From Candidatus Nomurabacteria bacterium (GTDB lineage: Bacteria; Patescibacteriota; Minisyncoccia; Phycocordibacterales; UBA9973): DNA of 64,000 nt. Both the position numbers and the translations under genes were made by a program. The notes under the pieces are model-generated. The model was not told where the DNA came from. It saw nothing but the letters and a program-made list of their open reading frames with translations, and searched no databases. Position 1 is the first letter of the stretch, and each line of letters begins with the position of its first letter. This document shows, piece by piece, positions 58,980 through 64,000 of this stretch. Location: NCBI GenBank assembly GCA_016699365.1, contig CP064973.1, forward strand, positions 575,161-639,160, read 5' to 3'.

Positions 58980-60293
58980 ATGAGCTCAAAAAAAGATATA
59001 AAATCAATCCTTTTTGCGACAATTGTCTTGTCATTACTCGTACTTCACGTTAATAAAAACGTAGAAGCTGATGTAGCTACAGACCTATCAAATAAAATAC
59101 AATCTCATACTAGCGAAATAGACAAATTGGAAGCTGAGATCGCTCAGTATCAAACTCAATTAAATAATACAAGTAAAGATGCACTATCTTTAAAAGGATC
59201 CATCAATGAACTTGATATATCAAAGAAAAAATTACAAGCTGAAATATCTGTAACTGAAAACAAGATAAGTTCTACGGAACTCCGGATTCAAAGTCTAAAT
59301 TTGGATATAGGAGATAAATCAAAAACTATAGATGTAAACCAGCTTGCTATAGCTAGAAACATAGCCAAGATAAATGAACTAGACGCAAATCCTCTAATTG
59401 TATCAATGCTCTCAAACGACAGGATTGCTGATGTATGGAATGAAATAGAGTCTCTAAAACGAATACAGTCTGATGTATACAATCACACAAAAGATGTGAT
59501 CGCGGTACGCCACGGATTAGAGGGCGACCGAAACGAAGAATTAGAAGCAAAAAAAGAATTACTCGCGCTAAAAGATGAGCTGAATGGTCAGAAAAAAGTA
59601 CTGGATATAAATATAAAAGATAAAAACAAGCTACTAAGCGAAACAAAAAACTTAGAATCAAATTATAAAAAAATTCTAGCTGACAAGCTCGCACTTAAAG
59701 CAGCTTTCGAAAAAGAACTTCAGAGTTACGAGTCTCAACTAAAATACGTTCTTGATCCAAGTAGTATACCAGCAAGAGGCTCTCATTCACTTGGATGGCC
59801 ACTCACAAATGTATTCATAACTCAGATGTTCGGTAAAACTGTAGATTCAGTTAGACTGTATACATCTGGAACTCATAGTGGAACTGACTTCCGAGCTAGT
59901 ATCGGAACACCAGTATTAGCTATGGCAAGTGGCGTGGTTGTTGCTAGTGGAGATACGGACGCAACTTGTCGCGGTGCATCTTTTGGAAAATGGGTATTTA
60001 TAAAATACGACAATGGACTGGCTAGTACTTATGGACACTTGTCACTCGTCAGCGCCGCAAAAGGAGCTAGGGTCAGTCCTGGACAAATTGTGGCCTATAG
60101 TGGTAACACTGGGCATTCTACAGCTCCACACTTACATGTCAGTCTATACCCAGCAGACGCTGTGGATGTATCAGGTAAAGAAAGTATCGCATGTAAAGGA
60201 AAGATACTAGTGCAACCCCGAGCAGCAACAAATGCATATCTAAACCCTCTAGATTATATGCCAAGCTACACAAGCTCTATGATCAAAAGCTAA
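58980..60293 (+). CDS. M23-family peptidase with an N-terminal coiled coil (EnvC/LytM-like)
   Basis: Signal anchor, about 230 aa of coiled coil, then the M23 catalytic core HSGTDFRAS...GNTGHSTAPHLHVSLY. Confidence 0.85.
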   Translation: MSSKKDIKSILFATIVLSLLVLHVNKNVEADVATDLSNKIQSHTSEIDKLEAEIAQYQTQLNNTSKDALSLKGSINELDISKKKLQAEISVTENKISSTELRIQSLNLDIGDKSKTIDVNQLAIARNIAKINELDANPLIVSMLSNDRIADVWNEIESLKRIQSDVYNHTKDVIAVRHGLEGDRNEELEAKKELLALKDELNGQKKVLDINIKDKNKLLSETKNLESNYKKILADKLALKAAFEKELQSYESQLKYVLDPSSIPARGSHSLGWPLTNVFITQMFGKTVDSVRLYTSGTHSGTDFRASIGTPVLAMASGVVVASGDTDATCRGASFGKWVFIKYDNGLASTYGHLSLVSAAKGARVSPGQIVAYSGNTGHSTAPHLHVSLYPADAVDVSGKESIACKGKILVQPRAATNAYLNPLDYMPSYTSSMIKS

Positions 60294-60592
60294 TAAAAAC
60301 ACCCTATCCCACGGGATGTTTTTATTTTATGTATTACAACACATTTATAACTAGAGTCAAGTATAAATAGGGTAGCCAGATGATAAAAAATCAATGAATT
60401 GATTAAAGGTAGTATGTTCTATATAAATCCTAACACTAGGGTAGAGGATGGGCTTAAAAACGATTATATGACGTAATAGATATGCACGAAAGCATCCAAG
60501 ACAACCAGACAATAAACCAAGTAAACAAAGGGCTTATTTTCAAATATAACGTCGCAAAAGATATATTGTGCGACGTTAGTATTCTAAATTCC

Positions 60593-61501
60593 CTATGAGG
60601 AAACACAGGCATTAAATAGCACCACGCCCTCGTTGTATAAGGCTATATCTTCTTTTATTGCGACCACCTTGGAATTAAATTCTGATATAAGCGCGTTGTA
60701 CTCCTCTACTAGGTCATTGTACCCACTAGACCATTTATTTGTACTATTTATCTCATCCAATTTTTTATATATATCATTTTCCAAACTATCTATTACTGTC
60801 TGTTCGTCTTCAATCTTTAATTCAAGAGAGCTATCTATTTTTGGACAAGTATCAATAGAAGCACCGAAATGCTGCACCAGTATCCAAACATCTGATCCAT
60901 CATATCTTCCATAAACTATACCAATGCCTATGTCTGTATATTTACTGTTCATAATATTTTCACGGTGCGCTGGAGAATTCATCCATGCTAAAACAACTTC
61001 ATCTGCTGTTTTGAAATCACCTCTGGCTAAATTTTCTCCAACAACAATATATTCATAGCCAGAATCTTCGGCCAAATCAGCCACTCCAATACCATCTGGA
61101 GAATCATGTTCAAAGTATTGCCTATCTAACATATCTTGTGCTTTTTTTTGAGCTGAGGATTCCAATCTAGTATTTTGATTTAAAATTGAAAATCCTTCAG
61201 ATTGTCTATTCAAGTTAGTATGGTAGACAATATTTACCTGATTGATTTGGCTGGTGCTGTTATTTGTTTGTTTACTATCTACACCAGACTCATCTCTATC
61301 AAATACAAGCGGAGATGGTAAGAAAACTCTCAAGTCAAAATCTTCATTTGGAATAGAAAAAACCTGATCCCCTATTTTTTCTATATCTTTAGTTATTTCT
61401 GATTTGGAAAATAAAAAATTATTTTCTTTATTAAGAATTCCATAAACCGAAAACGATGCCAGAATAATACCTATGATAGATGTAATCCAGATTACTCGCA
61501 T
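60593..61501 (-). CDS. secreted CAP/SCP (PR-1-like, YkwD-type) domain protein
   Basis: N-terminal signal anchor; CAP-domain motifs (...HDSPDG..., GENLA, VLAWMNSPAHRENIM, YTDIGIGI); hairpin terminator downstream on the minus strand at 60551-60582. Confidence 0.75.
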   Translation of the reverse strand: MRVIWITSIIGIILASFSVYGILNKENNFLFSKSEITKDIEKIGDQVFSIPNEDFDLRVFLPSPLVFDRDESGVDSKQTNNSTSQINQVNIVYHTNLNRQSEGFSILNQNTRLESSAQKKAQDMLDRQYFEHDSPDGIGVADLAEDSGYEYIVVGENLARGDFKTADEVVLAWMNSPAHRENIMNSKYTDIGIGIVYGRYDGSDVWILVQHFGASIDTCPKIDSSLELKIEDEQTVIDSLENDIYKKLDEINSTNKWSSGYNDLVEEYNALISEFNSKVVAIKEDIALYNEGVVLFNACVSS

Positions 61502-61503
61502 CT

Positions 61504-63390
61504 TTATTGAACAGTTACGGACTTAGCTAGATTTCTAGGCTTATCTATATTGTTACCTAATTGTTTTGCAAAATAATATGCAAAAAGTTGCAACGGTAAA
61601 ACTTCTATAAGAGGATACATCACTGGGTTGTTTAGTTTTGGTATAACAATAATTTCATCTGCAAGTCTCATCACAGGACTCTTCGCACCCTCTTCATCTG
61701 TAATAACAAGCAATCTTCCACTTTTTGATTTTATTTGTTCGATTGAAATTGAACCGATAGAAAATAAATCGTCTTTAGGTAATATAACAACCGAAAGAGA
61801 CATATCATCTATCACAGCCATAGGCCCATGCTTCAGTTCTCCCAGAGGATAGCTACCAGCTTCCATATAAGTCAGTTCTTTGAATTTTAAAGCACCTTCA
61901 TATGCAATCGGCATGTGAATTCCCCTACCTAGAAATTGGATTTTTTCTATATCTCTAAAAACTTCTGCAATTCTTTCAATCTCTTGGTGATTTTCTAAAA
62001 CTTTTTTCATTATGTCAGGTATAGATTCAAGCTCTTTTATAAAAGATATACCTGAGCTTTCGCTCATACCATGAACCCTAGCTAGAGATAGACTAAACAA
62101 ATAAAGTGTTATTGCTTGAGCTGTAAAAGCTTTTGTAGAAGCGACACCGATTTCTGTTCCTGCTCGGGTGTATATACCAGCATCACTTTCATGCGCAATT
62201 GCACTTCCTACGACGTTTACTATTCCTAGTGTAGTAAAACCTTTTCTCTTCATCTCTTTTAAAGACTCTAATGTATCAGCAGTTTCACCTGATTGACTGA
62301 TACTCAAAAATACTGAATTGTCTGGACTAAAATTTTGTTTTCTATATCTAAACTCAGAAGCAATTTGTGCAGAAACATTTATTGGAGTCAGATTTTCAAT
62401 CAATTCTTTTCCAAGCATTCCTGCATTGTAAGCTGTACCACAACCCACGATATATAGATTGTCTATATTCCTTAGTTTTTCTTTATAATCAATAAGCCCA
62501 CCCAATACAGCCAATCCCTCTTCTGTATTTGTTCTACCTAGTATTGTTGAACGAGTTGTAGCAGGCTGCTCAAATATCTCTTTTTGCATAAAGGTATCAA
62601 AATCCCCTTTTGATAAATCTTCTAGCAATATTCCTTCGATTACTTGCTCAGCCTTATACAATCTAGATCTTGCTGGCTGTTTATATTTAAATATATTGTG
62701 AGACATGTTTTCTGCATCAAGTTTAGCCATCTCACCGTCTTCTAAAACCAAATATCGATCAGTGTATCTAAGTATTGCATTTGTACTAGAAGCAACCACA
62801 AACATTTCATTTGATATACCAATACTTATAGGACTACCATTTTTTAGAACAAACAAAGTCTTTGGATAATCTTTGAGTATAATCGCCAATCCAAAACTAC
62901 CTTCCAATAAAGAGGCCGATTCAACGATAGCATCTTCTAGACTGAGACCTTTTTTCATATTCTCTTCTATCAAGTGCGGGACTACTTCTGTATCAGTATC
63001 TGATTTAAAGTTATGTCCCTGTTTCTTTAAGTTTTCTTTTAGGGATTCGTAGTTAAGTATTGTACCGTTATGCACTACCGCAATATCTCCACCACAATCA
63101 AGATGAGGGTGAGCATTTGATATTGAAGGCTTACCATGAGTTGCCCATCTATTGTGACCTATTCCAACAGTAGTCAAAATCTTTTCTTCTCCTATATTTT
63201 TCTTGAAACGATCCAGGTCCATATACTGACTAGGTGCACCTAAGCATTTTTCTATCTTGATACTTGAGTTGTGAACTATAGCAATACCAGCACTATCATA
63301 TCCGCGATATTCCAAATCAATCAAAGACTGAACTAAGTTGTCTGAGAGTTCACTATTTTCTTTTTTTAGTATACCAATTATTCCACACAT
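61504..63390 (-). CDS. glmS: glutamine--fructose-6-phosphate aminotransferase
   Basis: MCGIIGI N-terminal nucleophile Cys; two SIS domains; 628 aa. Confidence 0.95.
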   Translation of the reverse strand: MCGIIGILKKENSELSDNLVQSLIDLEYRGYDSAGIAIVHNSSIKIEKCLGAPSQYMDLDRFKKNIGEEKILTTVGIGHNRWATHGKPSISNAHPHLDCGGDIAVVHNGTILNYESLKENLKKQGHNFKSDTDTEVVPHLIEENMKKGLSLEDAIVESASLLEGSFGLAIILKDYPKTLFVLKNGSPISIGISNEMFVVASSTNAILRYTDRYLVLEDGEMAKLDAENMSHNIFKYKQPARSRLYKAEQVIEGILLEDLSKGDFDTFMQKEIFEQPATTRSTILGRTNTEEGLAVLGGLIDYKEKLRNIDNLYIVGCGTAYNAGMLGKELIENLTPINVSAQIASEFRYRKQNFSPDNSVFLSISQSGETADTLESLKEMKRKGFTTLGIVNVVGSAIAHESDAGIYTRAGTEIGVASTKAFTAQAITLYLFSLSLARVHGMSESSGISFIKELESIPDIMKKVLENHQEIERIAEVFRDIEKIQFLGRGIHMPIAYEGALKFKELTYMEAGSYPLGELKHGPMAVIDDMSLSVVILPKDDLFSIGSISIEQIKSKSGRLLVITDEEGAKSPVMRLADEIIVIPKLNNPVMYPLIEVLPLQLFAYYFAKQLGNNIDKPRNLAKSVTVQ

Positions 63391-63405
63391 ATATTTATTT
63401 TTTAT

Positions 63406-63801
63406 TTAATAATTACAAGTTGAGGATTTTGTAAAACCAGCATTTTCAGCTTCAGATTCCGAATTAAACCAAATTTTATTTTCCTCTTTTATTCTAGAAG
63501 CCCCACTACAGGTAGGAAGATAATATTTTGTACCACTTCTAGAAGCGACATAGGCACCCCCTGTGGAGTAAGAAGACCCATATCCCCCACCCTTTTCGGA
63601 GCCACCAATTTCTTCATAACTGGAAACATTTCCTATAATAGATACTGTATCACTTTCTAGTGTTTTTGGGACCGACAACCTACCCAGACCAAAAGAAGTT
63701 AAACATGTCAATACCAAAATGACCGAAAATACCTCTTCTAGGCCAATTTTGTAACCCCCTAGATAACCCTTGATTTTTTTTGTATAATCACGTATACTCA
63801 T
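63406..63801 (-). CDS. membrane-anchored protein with a C-terminal Ada-like zinc-binding domain
   Basis: TM anchor, Gly/Ser-rich linker, then ...YYLPTCSGASRIKEENKIWFNSESEAENAGFTKSSTC, which resembles the Ada N-terminal zinc-ribbon pattern. Confidence 0.45.
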   Translation of the reverse strand: MSIRDYTKKIKGYLGGYKIGLEEVFSVILVLTCLTSFGLGRLSVPKTLESDTVSIIGNVSSYEEIGGSEKGGGYGSSYSTGGAYVASRSGTKYYLPTCSGASRIKEENKIWFNSESEAENAGFTKSSTCNY

Positions 63802-63842
63802 TAATACTTATATTATAATAGTTTTAGTAATCAAGCGAACAT

Positions 63843-64000
63843 ATGGCACATCGAAAAGCGGGCGGATCAGCTAAAAACCTAAAAGACTCAAATCCTAAGT
63901 ACCTTGGCACGAAGAAATACGACGGCCAGGCTGTTGGTGCTGGAAATATAATAATCAGACAGCGAGGATCTAAGATACTATCTGGAGCAGGAACAAAAAT
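63843..64000 (+). CDS. rpmA: 50S ribosomal protein L27 (5' part; continues past the window end)
   Basis: [44 protein letters not shown]... matches the L27 N-terminus. Confidence 0.85.
   Translation, partial: MAHRKAGGSAKNLKDSNPKYLGTKKYDGQAVGAGNIIIRQRGSKILSGAGTK

Noticed and set aside
63391-63405. glmS ribozyme upstream of glmS
   Set aside because: Only 15 nt separate glmS from the upstream gene on the minus strand, which leaves no room for the ribozyme.
1-64000. CRISPR arrays and tRNA genes
   Set aside because: I scanned the GC-rich islands and intergenic spacers by eye and found no regularly spaced direct repeats and no cloverleaf with a GTTCRANYC T-loop. Absence by eye is not proof; tRNAscan-SE or minced should be run.

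Overview
AT-rich bacterial chromosome segment, about 90% coding, with short intergenic spacers and many hairpin-plus-T-run terminators. The gene content (archaeal-type AspRS, SWIB-domain protein, many small secreted or membrane hypotheticals, no fatty-acid synthesis genes) fits a small-genome, possibly Patescibacteria/CPR-like bacterium; that is inference, not proof. Recognisable core: a ribosomal/RNAP cluster (infA-rpmJ-rpsM-rpsK-rpsD-rpoA-rplQ, then rplM-rpsI), the grpE / dnaK / dnaJ chaperones, recR-dnaB, cysS, trpS, aspS, gltX, scpAB, a dcw fragment (dacA-like-mraY-ftsW-murG), glmS, rplU and partial rpmA. The ORF track missed three small genes: rpmJ, a rubredoxin, and a 45-aa lysine/arginine-rich peptide next to a SET-domain protein. 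Accessory content: (i) a mixed-composition island at about 19.1-24.2 kb holding a high-GC orphan gene, a transcribed 23S-rRNA-like fragment, an MmeI-like Type IIL restriction-modification gene, a NYN nuclease and a cluster of perfect palindromes; (ii) a redox locus (apbE, ferric-reductase-type membrane protein, FNR-like reductase, two-component system, rubredoxin); (iii) a T-box riboswitch ahead of aspS; (iv) an antisense structured small RNA between murG and gltX; (v) a PaaX-like regulator where hrcA usually sits. Four genes (PIF1-like helicase, the RM enzyme, an ABC exporter, aspS) are each broken by a single missing base in a 4-5 nt homopolymer, which looks like consensus error rather than biology. 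No CRISPR array, tRNA or intact rRNA gene was found.
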